A DNA stretch of 64,000 bases, taken from positions 288,001 through 352,000 of the forward strand of contig CAXXFL010000001.1 of NCBI GenBank assembly GCA_963674965.2, read 5' to 3'. The translations under genes were made by a program, and so were the position numbers. The DNA is from a bacterium. Its GTDB lineage: Bacteria; RBG-13-61-14; DATKZS01. Of the stretch, positions 47,437 through 57,786 are shown in pieces (position 1 is the first letter of the stretch; each line of letters begins with the position of its first letter). The notes below the pieces were generated by a model, which saw only the letters and a program-made list of their open reading frames with translations, did not search any database and had not been told where the DNA came from.

Positions 47437-48429
47437 ATGAATAAAAAGTTCATTCCCTTGATCGCCATCTTGGCGGGAGGCATCGCCTTTGCCGCGTGGT
47501 ATTTTCTCGCGGGAAGCGGGAACGGCGCGAAAACGACCTTCAACGGCGTGCTCGAGGCCGTGGACGTCGACGTGCGGACGGAGGTCGGCGGCGTGGTCAT
47601 GTCCTTCTTTCCCCGGGAGGGCGACGAGATAAACGCGGGCGACCCCATTTGCGCGCTGGACACGGAGAAGCTCGAGATTCAGCTCCGGGGCGGGCGGGCC
47701 GAGCTGGCGGCCCAGCGGGCGATGCTCGAGGCCATGGAAAAGGGCGCTCGCGGCCAGGAGCTCGAGCAGGTGCGGCTGGCGCTCGATCAAGCCCGGATAC
47801 AAAAGGAGCAGGCGGAAAAGGACTACGGCCGGCTGGACCGCCTTTATAACGGAAAGCACGTTTCGGAGCGGGAAAAGGAGACGGCCAAGATGGCCATGGA
47901 CCTGGCGGGCGACCAGGAGAGGCGGGCCCGCGAGCAGCTCAGCCTGGCCGAGGAGGGGGCCAGGGAGGAGGAGATCAAGGCGCAGCGCGCCGTTGTTGAC
48001 GCGGTCCAGGCCAAGGTCGACTATTACGCGGCCCAGCTCGAGGACGCCACCGTCACCAGCCCGATAACGGGACGGCTGATCGAGCGCTACCTCGAGCCGG
48101 GTGAGCTGGCCACTCCCGGCGGCCTGGTGGCCACGGTGAGCGACTACTCGACTCTCGAGGTCAAGGTCTACGTGCCCGAGGACCGGGTGGGCGCGATCGA
48201 GCTGGGGAGGAAGGCCCTGGTCTATCTCGATTCTTTTCCGGGCGAGCCCATGGCCGGCAAGGTCACCCACAAGTCGCGCCAGGCCGAGTTCACTCCCAAG
48301 AACGTGCAGACCAAGGAGGAGCGGACCACCCTGGTCTACGAGGTGACGGTCACGGTGGAAAACCCCGGGGAACTTTCAACGGCCGGGCTGCCGGCGGACG
48401 TTGACTTTAACGTCGCCCCCTCCAACTGA
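47437..48429 (+). CDS. HlyD-family membrane fusion protein (YbhG-like)
   Basis: N-terminal TM helix, lipoyl half-motifs, coiled-coil hairpin, AEFTPKNVQTKEER. Confidence 0.9.
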   Translation: MNKKFIPLIAILAGGIAFAAWYFLAGSGNGAKTTFNGVLEAVDVDVRTEVGGVVMSFFPREGDEINAGDPICALDTEKLEIQLRGGRAELAAQRAMLEAMEKGARGQELEQVRLALDQARIQKEQAEKDYGRLDRLYNGKHVSEREKETAKMAMDLAGDQERRAREQLSLAEEGAREEEIKAQRAVVDAVQAKVDYYAAQLEDATVTSPITGRLIERYLEPGELATPGGLVATVSDYSTLEVKVYVPEDRVGAIELGRKALVYLDSFPGEPMAGKVTHKSRQAEFTPKNVQTKEERTTLVYEVTVTVENPGELSTAGLPADVDFNVAPSN

Positions 48430-48454
48430 CCGCGGCGACGGACGACGTGACGCC

Positions 48455-49399
48455 ATGAACGACAAGCGCCGGGAGGACGGACCGGCCATCAAGGTAAAAG
48501 GGCTTCGCAAGGAGTTCGGTCCCTACGTGGCCGTTAAGAGCATCGACCTCGAGGTCGAAAAGGGAGAGATTTTCGGGTTCCTCGGACCCAACGGCGCGGG
48601 CAAGTCCACCACCATCCGCATGCTTTGCGGGCTGCTTCGGCCCACGGCCGGGGAGGGGACCGTGGCCGGCTACGACGTCCTGGCCGAGTCGGAGAAGATC
48701 AAGCGGGTCATCGGCTATATGAGCCAGCACTTTGGCCTTTACCAGGACCTTACGGTGGAGGAAAACGTCGAGTTCTACTCGGGCATCTACCTGGGCAAGA
48801 AGTCCATCGAGGTCCAGGAAAAGGTCATCGCCGAGCTGGGGCTCGAGAAATACAGGAAGTTCCTGGCCGGCAACCTCTCGGGCGGATGGAAACAGAGGCT
48901 GGCCCTGGCCTGCGCCATCTCCCACTCGCCCAGGATACTTTTCCTCGACGAGCCCACGGCGGGCATCGATCCCACCAGCCGCCGCGTGCTGTGGGACTTC
49001 CTCTACGAAAAGGCCGACCAGGGCGTCACCCTCTTCGTCACCACCCACTACATGGACGAGGCCGAGCACTGCCACCGGCTCGGGTTCATCATGGACGGGA
49101 CCCTTACCGCCTGCGCCACCCCCCATGACATCAAGACCGGGCAGATGCACGGAGAGGTCATAACCCTCCGGGCTGACGACAACACGGCCGCCTACGCCGC
49201 GCTCAAGGACTCGCCCGACCTCCTGGACGCCAACGTGTACGGCGACTCGATCCACCTGGTGGCGAAGTCCGCGGCCGAGGCTATCGGGCGGGTTTCCGCG
49301 GCCCTCGGGTCGGCCGGGATCGAGGTACTCGAGATCAAGCGTACCGAGCCGACCATCGAGGACGTCTTCGTGGCCCTGAGCAAGGAGGCCATCTCTTGA
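48455..49399 (+). CDS. ABC transporter ATP-binding protein
   Basis: GPNGAGKST, LSGGWKQR, LDEPT and TTHYMDEAE motifs. Confidence 0.93.
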   Translation: MNDKRREDGPAIKVKGLRKEFGPYVAVKSIDLEVEKGEIFGFLGPNGAGKSTTIRMLCGLLRPTAGEGTVAGYDVLAESEKIKRVIGYMSQHFGLYQDLTVEENVEFYSGIYLGKKSIEVQEKVIAELGLEKYRKFLAGNLSGGWKQRLALACAISHSPRILFLDEPTAGIDPTSRRVLWDFLYEKADQGVTLFVTTHYMDEAEHCHRLGFIMDGTLTACATPHDIKTGQMHGEVITLRADDNTAAYAALKDSPDLLDANVYGDSIHLVAKSAAEAIGRVSAALGSAGIEVLEIKRTEPTIEDVFVALSKEAIS

Positions 49400-50523
49400 A
49401 CCGGATTTATTTCCTCGCCCGAAAGGAGTTCATCCAGCTGGCGAGGGACTGGCGCACGCTCACTCTGGCCCTGGTGCTTCCGGTTTTCGTGCTGCTTCTT
49501 TTCGGGGTCGCCATCTCCCTGGACGTGAAGGACGTGAAGATGGCGGTGGTGGACCGCGACGGGTCGAGGACCTCCCGCGATCTGACCCTCGAGTTCTCGG
49601 GCTCGGGTTACTTCAAGACCGCCCCGGTCGGGATGGACGAGGCCAAACTCATGCTCGAGGACGGAAGCGCCATGGTGGCCCTGATCATTCCTCCCCATTT
49701 CGAGCGCGACGTGGCGCGCGGCTCTTCCCCCGCGGTCCAGATTCTGGTGGACGGGTCCAACGCCAACACCGGAAACATCGCCCTGGGCTACGCCAACGGC
49801 ATCATGGCCGGCTACGCCTTCGACCTGGCCGTCCAGCCTATCCAGGCGGCGGGCCTCATGCCCGAGGCCGGCATGCCTCCCATCAAGCTCGAGCCCCGGG
49901 CCCGGTTCAACCCCGCCCTCTCCTCGACCACCTTCTTCGTGCCCGGACTAGTGGCACTTATCATGATGATCACCGTGGTCGTGCTCAGCGCCCTTTCCAT
50001 CGTCAAGGAAAAAGAGCTGGGCACGCTCGAGACCCTCATGGTCTCGCCCCTGGCCAGGTACCAGTTCATCCTGGGCAAGCTCGCGCCCTACTTCGTCCTG
50101 GGCTACGCCGACCTCTTCCTCATCCTGGGAGCGGGCAGGATTTTCTTCGGCATGCCCTTTCGGGGAAGCCTCGTCACCCTCACCGTTCTGTCGGGCTTCT
50201 TCATCCTGGGAGGACTCGGACTGGGGCTGTTCATCTCGACCGCGGCCAACACCCAGCAGACCGCCTGGATGATATCCCTTCTCGTGACGCTCCTGCCCTC
50301 GATCATCCTCTCCGGCTTCGTCTTCCCCATCAGGATCATGCCCGTCTGGCTCCGGGCCGTGACCTACCTGTTCCCCGTCCGCTACTACCTCACCATCGTG
50401 CGGGGAATAGCGCTCAAAGGCTCGGGGGTCGCGGACCTGAAAATCGAGATACTCGCCCTCCTCGCCATCGGGTCCCTCTTCCTCGTCTCCTCGATAATAC
50501 GATTTCATAAGAGGGTGGTCTGA
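49396..50523 (+). CDS. ABC-2 type permease (YbhR/YbhS-like)
   Basis: KEFIQL-RD, FNP-L, VPGL, EKELGTLE, GKL-P and LSG-FP motifs. Confidence 0.9.
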   Translation: MNRIYFLARKEFIQLARDWRTLTLALVLPVFVLLLFGVAISLDVKDVKMAVVDRDGSRTSRDLTLEFSGSGYFKTAPVGMDEAKLMLEDGSAMVALIIPPHFERDVARGSSPAVQILVDGSNANTGNIALGYANGIMAGYAFDLAVQPIQAAGLMPEAGMPPIKLEPRARFNPALSSTTFFVPGLVALIMMITVVVLSALSIVKEKELGTLETLMVSPLARYQFILGKLAPYFVLGYADLFLILGAGRIFFGMPFRGSLVTLTVLSGFFILGGLGLGLFISTAANTQQTAWMISLLVTLLPSIILSGFVFPIRIMPVWLRAVTYLFPVRYYLTIVRGIALKGSGVADLKIEILALLAIGSLFLVSSIIRFHKRVV

Positions 50524-50744
50524 AAAGCCCTATCCGCGCCACTCCTGATCCGAGTCAGGCCCCGGCGACGTGAAAGGACGGGGCGACCAAGCCCCCCGCG
50601 CCCGATCATAGGAATCGTCTTGCCGTAAATTCCGCGACGTCCAAAGCCGGACGTCTGTATTTCCCATTGACGCGCCCTTGATACGGCGTTGACGGACAAG
50701 ATACAATCCCTCATAATAATGAAACGTTACGCTTAAACGACGCC

Positions 50745-53700
50745 ATGGAAAAAGAAAAGAAAAACCCGAAAAACGAATCGAATGAAAATGGGACGCCCTT
50801 GGTTTCCGATGAAGCCGAGTCCGGGAAGAACTTGGAAGCCGAGGATCCCATCCAGATTGGCGGGGGAAATGAAGTTGACCATGACCCGACCGAGCCCGAC
50901 TCCGCTTTTGCGCGACTGGGTTTTTTCGGGTGGTCCCTATTCGTTTTCGCCGTTTTGCTGGACTCGGTTTCAATGTATTTCCAGAATTACGACTCGGCGC
51001 ATTTTTTCCTGAACCTCGAGTCCATAATGCTAGGGGCCCGGCCCGCCGAGATTTACTGGGTGATACTTGCCATAGGCGTCCTGTCCCTTTTAATCTGGGC
51101 CAGGCTGGCCATGGCTTCTTTGCGCAAGGCGTCCGACGGCCCCCGCCTTTTCGCCGCGCTGCTCGGGTTGCCCGCCGTCTTCGCCGGCTTCAAGGTCCTC
51201 GAGTACGCGATCTTCAAGGCCATGGAGAGTCCCGGCATATTCGAGATCGGTGGGGAGAGGATTTCCATTTGCCTGGCCGCGTCGCTTTTAGCCGCCCTGG
51301 CCCTGTCGTCCTTTATCTCGACGTCCGCCGCTTCCGGACCGGATATCAAGGCGGCAAAGCGGATGGCCCGGCTGGTAAAAATTTTCTTCTTCAGTATTTT
51401 TGCCGGCGGCCTTTTCCTCGTCCTTAAAAACGCCGGCCTGGTACTACTGGCGGCCCCTGTCGTCGGCTATGGTCTTCGGGCGGCTTTCAACCTGTGGGTT
51501 TTTCTCCGCGTTATAAGGTGGCTCGGACGGCGGGCGGAGGCGGGCGCGGCCATAAGAAGGCCCTCTCCTCCCAGCCCGGCGGCGGCTTTTTTCACTGGCA
51601 TCCCCGCCCTGTGCCTTACCGCTCTTTGCTTCCTGGTACCCGGACCGACCCAGCACCTGGACGCGGTCGAGCCCCCGGCCGCGGTGATCGACGGGTTGCC
51701 GGTGGTCCCCAGCCGCTTCGAGGAGCGGGACGGGGCGATGGTTTTATCCTCGACGCGCCTCAGCGTGGTGGTCCATGAGGACCCCTTCAGCTTCGCGGTC
51801 AAGGACGAGCGCAACCGGGTGCTTTTCCGAACATACGACGAGGCGGACGCCGGTCCCCATTACCGGGGCCTGGCCCTTAACCACGAGTACCGGGCTTTTC
51901 GCGAGATACCCTTCTCGCGGGAAGGCGAGCTTCTCAAGTCCCGCGTAAGGGTCGGCTCGAGTCCTTTCCTGAAGGCCGATGACATGAGGCTCAGCGCCAA
52001 CCGACTGGTGGCGACGGGAAAGATCGGCATCCAGCCGGTGGTGGTGAACTTCTCCTTTCCCGACGAGGACGTATTGAAGGTCACGGCGGAGGCGGGAGGG
52101 GGATCGCCATTTCGGTCCTACAACTCCTCAATGGCCTTCTACATGGGACGGGAGGAAAAAATCTTCGGCCTGGGAGGAGGCCTCTCGGCGCCGCTCGAGA
52201 AAGGCAAGAGATACGACCTGACCCTCGAGCCGCCGGGCGGCGGGCCGCCGGAGTCGCCGGGTCTTTTATCCAAATGGAGCGGGGGCAGGGCGGAGGTTTT
52301 CCTGGGCAAGGGAACGGGACGGCTTATCGTGCCCTTCCTGTATTTCTCCCGCGGCGTCGGCCTTTTCATCGGGGAGGGCAAAGACCCGGCCGTCGAGCTG
52401 GCCCTCGAGAAGCAAGACGCCTTTCGCGTCGCCGGGGAGGGGCCGCTGACCTTGTACATTGTCTCGGGCCAGGGAGCGGAGGAGGTTTCGGCCAGGTTCG
52501 CCCGTCTTGCACCCTCCCGACCCGAGACGCCGGCCTTCGCCCTGGACCCGTGGGCGCGGGTGGCTGGAGACTCGGGCGAAAAGGTCAGGCGCCTGGCCGA
52601 CAGTCCCTCCCTTGCCGAGGCGGGAGTCAAAGGCGTGATAGTTACCCGAGTCGAGGAGGACGGCCGTATGCCGATTATCGGCGACCTCGCTCCCGACCTT
52701 ATCGAGGCGGCGGCCGAGGCTTCCGGCGCGGGACTGAAACTCTTTTTTGAGGACGGACTCTGGATCGGCCGGGAGGATGACGATTATGAAGCCGCGGCGC
52801 GGAGCGGTTTTCTGGCCGCCAATCGGACGGGCCTTCCTTATCACGCGATCGGCCGCTCGGGTTTTATCTGCCTTCTCGATCTTACCAACCCCAAGGCGCG
52901 GGGCTGGATAGCCCAGCGCTGGAGGAGCACGCGGCCCGATAAGAGGGAGAGCAAAGGACCGGCGCCGGGATTCATCGGCGCGGTCCTGGACCGTACGGCC
53001 TTGCCTCCCCCCTCGAGCGTCTTCCATAACGGGAAGTCCGGCCTGGCCATGCGGGACTCGTATACCGCCCTTTACGCCGAGGCCGTCAGGTCCGTCCTGG
53101 GCGATGACGCCGTGCTTATCACGGGGGCCGGCTACTCCGGCGTCGAGAGGTTCGTCAACCTGGCCGCCGGCGAGGACTCGATACGTACTTCCCGGGCCTT
53201 CGACTGGAAAATGAACATGACCATGGCGGGTTCGCCCTTCTTGCTGGGCCCCTATAGCTCGGCCGACCTGGTCGGGTCCTGCCTGTTGCCGCCCGGCTTC
53301 GAGAAGTGGGAGGAGGAATCGGCCCCGAGGCTCGAGCTGCAAAAATGGACCGGACTGCGCTCGAGGCTGTTTCCTTATCTTTTCACCCTCGCGAAAAGGG
53401 CCGGGGAAAAGGGAACGCCCGCCGCCGTAAACCCCGCGGCCAAGTGGCCGGGCGAGAACGCCTGGGACAGGTATCGGGGCCACTATATGCTTGGCGAGTC
53501 TCTTCTGGCGGTCGAGCCGGGCCTCGTCAAAACCGACGTGGTCCCTTTTAGAAGAGCGGTCAATTTCCCGCCCGGCCGCTGGATGAAGCTCGATTCCCTC
53601 GAGATTTTCGAGGGCGGATACAGGGACGTCGAGTACCGGGATAAGAAGTCTCCCCTTTTGTTCCTCCATGAGGGGCGCCTGCTGCCGGTCCACGAGGAGG

Positions 53701-54041
53701 ACGGCCGGCCCGCGGCCGAGACGGGGACCGATACAAGGACGTCATCCGATATCACGGTCCACTGGATTTACGGCCAGCCGGGGTCGTTGGAGCTCTTTGA
53801 CGGCGCCCAGATATCGGCCCGCGTGGCGGGCGAGTCGATCCTTTTCCGCGTCGAGTCGGGAGATGCACGCCAATACTCCTGGAAAGCGTTCGACTGTCCG
53901 CCCCCCCTGGCGGTCTATGCGGGGGGAGCGCGCCTGGACGGGACCATGTATTCCTACCAGGAGCGGGCCCGGGTGTTGAAGATTTACGGGTCGCCCGGCC
54001 CTCCCGTGGACCTCGAGGTGGTCTCGAGTCTGGCCGAGTAA
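50745..54041 (+). CDS. Multi-TM membrane protein fused to a divergent GH31-like glycosidase domain
   Basis: About 7 TM helices, then GH31-like motifs (EKIFGLG, VPF-SRGVG, LLDLTNPKARGW, FHNG, LFPYL, YMLGESLL, FPPG-W, PLLF). Confidence 0.65.
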   Translation: MEKEKKNPKNESNENGTPLVSDEAESGKNLEAEDPIQIGGGNEVDHDPTEPDSAFARLGFFGWSLFVFAVLLDSVSMYFQNYDSAHFFLNLESIMLGARPAEIYWVILAIGVLSLLIWARLAMASLRKASDGPRLFAALLGLPAVFAGFKVLEYAIFKAMESPGIFEIGGERISICLAASLLAALALSSFISTSAASGPDIKAAKRMARLVKIFFFSIFAGGLFLVLKNAGLVLLAAPVVGYGLRAAFNLWVFLRVIRWLGRRAEAGAAIRRPSPPSPAAAFFTGIPALCLTALCFLVPGPTQHLDAVEPPAAVIDGLPVVPSRFEERDGAMVLSSTRLSVVVHEDPFSFAVKDERNRVLFRTYDEADAGPHYRGLALNHEYRAFREIPFSREGELLKSRVRVGSSPFLKADDMRLSANRLVATGKIGIQPVVVNFSFPDEDVLKVTAEAGGGSPFRSYNSSMAFYMGREEKIFGLGGGLSAPLEKGKRYDLTLEPPGGGPPESPGLLSKWSGGRAEVFLGKGTGRLIVPFLYFSRGVGLFIGEGKDPAVELALEKQDAFRVAGEGPLTLYIVSGQGAEEVSARFARLAPSRPETPAFALDPWARVAGDSGEKVRRLADSPSLAEAGVKGVIVTRVEEDGRMPIIGDLAPDLIEAAAEASGAGLKLFFEDGLWIGREDDDYEAAARSGFLAANRTGLPYHAIGRSGFICLLDLTNPKARGWIAQRWRSTRPDKRESKGPAPGFIGAVLDRTALPPPSSVFHNGKSGLAMRDSYTALYAEAVRSVLGDDAVLITGAGYSGVERFVNLAAGEDSIRTSRAFDWKMNMTMAGSPFLLGPYSSADLVGSCLLPPGFEKWEEESAPRLELQKWTGLRSRLFPYLFTLAKRAGEKGTPAAVNPAAKWPGENAWDRYRGHYMLGESLLAVEPGLVKTDVVPFRRAVNFPPGRWMKLDSLEIFEGGYRDVEYRDKKSPLLFLHEGRLLPVHEEDGRPAAETGTDTRTSSDITVHWIYGQPGSLELFDGAQISARVAGESILFRVESGDARQYSWKAFDCPPPLAVYAGGARLDGTMYSYQERARVLKIYGSPGPPVDLEVVSSLAE

Positions 54042-54057
54042 TTTACCGCCGGTCCTT

Positions 54058-55083
54058 CTAGAATTTCACGATCACCTTCATCGCCTTCCCGCTCCGCATG
54101 GCGTCGATGCCCTCATGGATGCGGTCGAGGGTAGTAAGGTGCGTGATCAGGTGGTCCACCTTGAGCACGCCAGACTCGAGCACCTTGAGGGCGTCGGGAA
54201 AGGTGTGGCGGGCGATGTACGAGCCCATTACGGTCAGCTCGTTTCGCGTTATGTCGTTCTGGCGTATCTCGGCGAGCGCGTTCTGGTTCTGGCCGAAGAG
54301 CATGATCCGTCCTCCCCTGGCGGCCAGAGATATAGCCTGGCGAAAGAGGGAACCCACCGCGTCGATAACCACGTCGGCCCCGCTCCCGGTTTCCTCGAGC
54401 ACCGCGGCCTCGAGGTCCTCCACCCCCGGGTTCACCACCCTGGTGGCGCCGCTTTTTTTGGCGAACTTGCGCCTGAAGGCCTGGGGCTCGCTGAGAATGA
54501 CGGGACGGCACCCGGCGGCCCGGGCCAGGCCGGTGAAGTACTGGCCGATGGGACCGCCCCCCAGCACCAGGCAGGACTCGCCCGGATAAAGCCCGAGCTT
54601 TCTGACCGCGTTGTTCACGCAGGAGAGGGGCTCGGCGAAGACGGCCGTCTCGGGCGGCAGGCCGGGGTCGTAAGGATAACACTGGTTGGCGGGCGCGACG
54701 TTGAAGGGCGCGAACCCTCCGTCGATGAAGATGCCCAGGGTGGTCATCTCCGAGCACATGTTGTGCTTGCCCGTCAGGCAGGCCTGGCAATGGCCGCAGG
54801 TGACGTTCGGGTCCACGGCCACCTTGTCGCCGGGCTCGAGACCGTGGGCGTCCGGGCCCGTCTCGATAACCTCGCCCACGTACTCGTGCCCGAGCACCGC
54901 CCCCACCGCGGCTGGATGCCCCGGCGGCACGGCCAGGATATGCACGTCCGTGCCGCATACCGAGGCGGCCTCAACCTTGATCAGGACCTGGTCGGGCTTC
55001 CCGATCTCGGGAACGGGAACCTTCTTTAACGCCAGCCTTCCGTCTCCCTCGAAAACGGCGGCCATCATTGTTTTGTTTTTCAT
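54058..55083 (-). CDS. Zn-dependent alcohol dehydrogenase (sorbitol/threonine dehydrogenase-like)
   Basis: CGTD-H, GHE, CGHCQAC...C, EPLSC and GGGPIG motifs. Confidence 0.92.
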   Translation of the reverse strand: MKNKTMMAAVFEGDGRLALKKVPVPEIGKPDQVLIKVEAASVCGTDVHILAVPPGHPAAVGAVLGHEYVGEVIETGPDAHGLEPGDKVAVDPNVTCGHCQACLTGKHNMCSEMTTLGIFIDGGFAPFNVAPANQCYPYDPGLPPETAVFAEPLSCVNNAVRKLGLYPGESCLVLGGGPIGQYFTGLARAAGCRPVILSEPQAFRRKFAKKSGATRVVNPGVEDLEAAVLEETGSGADVVIDAVGSLFRQAISLAARGGRIMLFGQNQNALAEIRQNDITRNELTVMGSYIARHTFPDALKVLESGVLKVDHLITHLTTLDRIHEGIDAMRSGKAMKVIVKF

Positions 55084-55579
55084 CTTCCAATCCTCCAGCG
55101 CAAAGCATAGCCAAAAGCGGTGGGCCAGGCAAGCGGGAAAAAGCGCGCGAGGGAGAGGCCGCCTTGCCGAGTGGGAACGCGAGGTTTAACTTGCTTGGAT
55201 TACACGGGATTAGGCGAAAAGCCAAAGGCGTTATTTACGATCCAACCGCCCGGGCCAACCCATTATTATCGCGGCGGGAGATCGGCGCGCCGGGGACCAT
55301 CTACCATAACGCGACTATCCCGCCCCGCGGCGATCTGTCGGGGAAGGGAAGGTATTGCCCACGGATCGATTATGCACCGGCGGTGACGATAGAAGGGTAT
55401 TGACGGGACAAGGGGGAAATAGGAAGTCCTTTTGCCTTGTTGACATCCAGCCCGCGGCTTCGCCGCCCACGCAATATGCGTGGGGGACCCTGATTAAAAA
55501 CCTGTGGGTGGCGCGGATAGCTATCCGGGCCATCCGCGCGGGCCACCATCGCGCCTCCCAAATGCACCGTGCCCCGCAT

Positions 55580-55614
55580 AAAAAAATCCCCGGGAGGGTC
55601 GCTCCCGGGGATTT
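55580..55614 (-). terminator. Intrinsic terminator of the porin gene
   Basis: AAATCCCCGGGAG/CTCCCGGGGATTT 13-bp stem with a U7 tract on the minus strand. Confidence 0.85.
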
Positions 55615-55649
55615 GTGGTCAGCTTCGCGTATAAGACGCGCGGCCGGTT

Positions 55650-56861
55650 TTACTGCCAGACCTGCACCTGGATAAGGAGCATGTCGTTGTCAAGGCTCTG
55701 GAATTTTCCGCCAACGTTATTAGCGGCCATGTTGATGTCGCTTCCCTCTTCACCCGCGAAGATGTAGTTGATCGAGGCCTCGGCGCACTCGTTGATGCGG
55801 TAGTTCGCGCCCAGGGTGATCCAGTCGAGAGCGTCGTAATTGTTGACGCTGCCGGCCTCGTTGAGGGTGTTGGGGTCGAAGTACTCGTAGCGGGCGGCGA
55901 TCTCGAGGGAGTCGATGATCCAGTAGCCAGCGGTTACCTGGTAGCCCATCCACTCGAGGTCCTCGATTTTGTTGCCCGCGGCGTTCAGGGTGTAATCCGA
56001 GGCGGTCATCTGCATGTAATCGGCGTTGATCTCGAACCTTTCCATGGCGTAGCCCAAGGTCACGACAAAACCGGAAGCGTTGTACTGCTCGGTCCCCGTG
56101 CCGGAGGTGTCGCCCACCAGGCCGGGCATAAGGTCTTCCTGCCATCCTTCCTGGAGCCAGGTGAACTCGACGTTCATGCCTTCCATGGGGAAGACCTTTA
56201 TTCCGGCCATCCAGGACTTCTCGAGGTCCACGTCCAGGTTGGGCTGGCCGCCGGCGAAGCCGTTAAAGTAAGCGAAGTCGATCTGGACCATGTCCATGGG
56301 CTTGATGGCTATGTCGAAGCCGGTGGCCTGCCATCCGAGTCCAAGGGGCATGTAGGCGTTTCCGCCCTGGTTGGGCAGCACGTTCATGAGGGGGAGCATG
56401 ATAAGGTCCCAGTCATTGGTCTCCCTCTGCTGGTAGGTGGACACGGGCAGGTTGAAGGTACCGACGTCCACGGTGGTCATGGGTATGAGGTCGGCGATGG
56501 ATATCTTGGCCTGGCGCACGCCCACGGTGCCCATCTCGCCGGGATTGCTCATCCACATCATCGAGGTGGCCGGGCCGGCCTGAAGCTCGATCAAATAGGA
56601 AACGTTCTCGCCCACGGTGCCGACAATGTCCAGCTCGACCGTGGGGGTCGAGAACTGCTCGATGCCCTTGCCGTCAAGGCCCCAGGCCTGTCCGGCCGTT
56701 CCCGCGCCAACCGACGCCTCGTCCTCGGGCATGTACATGTAAGCCCACTTGATCTTGCCGCCGAGCTGAATGGTGCCCATCGAGGTCTCGACCTGCGAAA
56801 GCGCCACGCCCGGGACCACCATCGCCGCTATCATCAAAAATACCAGCCAACTTTTTTTCAT
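55650..56861 (-). CDS. Outer-membrane porin (OprO/P-like beta-barrel)
   Basis: Signal peptide from ATG 56861, strands such as LEIAARYEYFDP and ITLGANYRI, C-terminal LIQVQVWQ. Confidence 0.8.
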   Translation of the reverse strand: MKKSWLVFLMIAAMVVPGVALSQVETSMGTIQLGGKIKWAYMYMPEDEASVGAGTAGQAWGLDGKGIEQFSTPTVELDIVGTVGENVSYLIELQAGPATSMMWMSNPGEMGTVGVRQAKISIADLIPMTTVDVGTFNLPVSTYQQRETNDWDLIMLPLMNVLPNQGGNAYMPLGLGWQATGFDIAIKPMDMVQIDFAYFNGFAGGQPNLDVDLEKSWMAGIKVFPMEGMNVEFTWLQEGWQEDLMPGLVGDTSGTGTEQYNASGFVVTLGYAMERFEINADYMQMTASDYTLNAAGNKIEDLEWMGYQVTAGYWIIDSLEIAARYEYFDPNTLNEAGSVNNYDALDWITLGANYRINECAEASINYIFAGEEGSDINMAANNVGGKFQSLDNDMLLIQVQVWQ

Positions 56862-57786
56862 TTCCTCTGCCTCCTTAATCGTCAATGTCTTTCTTTTCCG
56901 AATTGCTCTTAGATTCCCAATTAAATATTTTACTTTTTCAGCCGGCTGCCCGGCCCTTTTACCGCTTCTTATATAACCTGTAAGCCGTTTCAAGCAACCT
57001 TGCCCGAAAACGACGAATTTTTAAGCGCCTGTTCCTTTAAGCCCCCTTCCGCCGGAGTCGTCCGGCCGCTCGCGCCAACTTTTCCCGGATTGGAGTACGC
57101 TAGTTGATTTTTACGACAAGCCGCGTCGGCTGTGACCGTATTATGACGCGTTGCCTGGAAAACCAACCGGGCCCCCGGAGTCGCGAATAATAGGTATTTA
57201 CCTCCTTTCGCGGAACTCTTCGGCGATATTTCCTTTTACCTTTTGTAGCGTTACCACTTTCCTTTTACGCCAATGGCCGAAAATTTCGTCCATTCCCCCT
57301 GGCGGCTCGTTTAGCCTAGATAAACGAATAGCTCCCGATGAAAGCTATCATCAATGGAGCCAAATATGAAACCGGGTCCAATCTTTCCATAATCACTTAG
57401 GAGCTTTTGGGCCGTCACTTAGTTGTTAAAAACCGTTCACCTCATTATGAGCGCCAAACATTAGTTCAGGATTAAAACTACATTAATTTTTTCTAATCCC
57501 ATCCTAACTCCGATTTAACGGGATTATAACCCATCAGGCGAAGGGAATCAAGTTTTTCAAGGCTTATTGTTAAATTTTATTCCCGCCGCCCGAACTCTTG
57601 GTCCAGGTCGGACAAAAATCAAATCTCCTTGCCGCGAGATATTTCAAATCCATGAAGGGCAAAGGCAAGGACCGCTTTCTCGATCACGTTCAAGCGCGGG
57701 TGGCGTCAGTCTCCGTTCCACTTCGCCTTGGCGGCCGGCGTCAAATTGTAATATCATTGAAGCTCGTCATTGGACGGACGCTGGAA

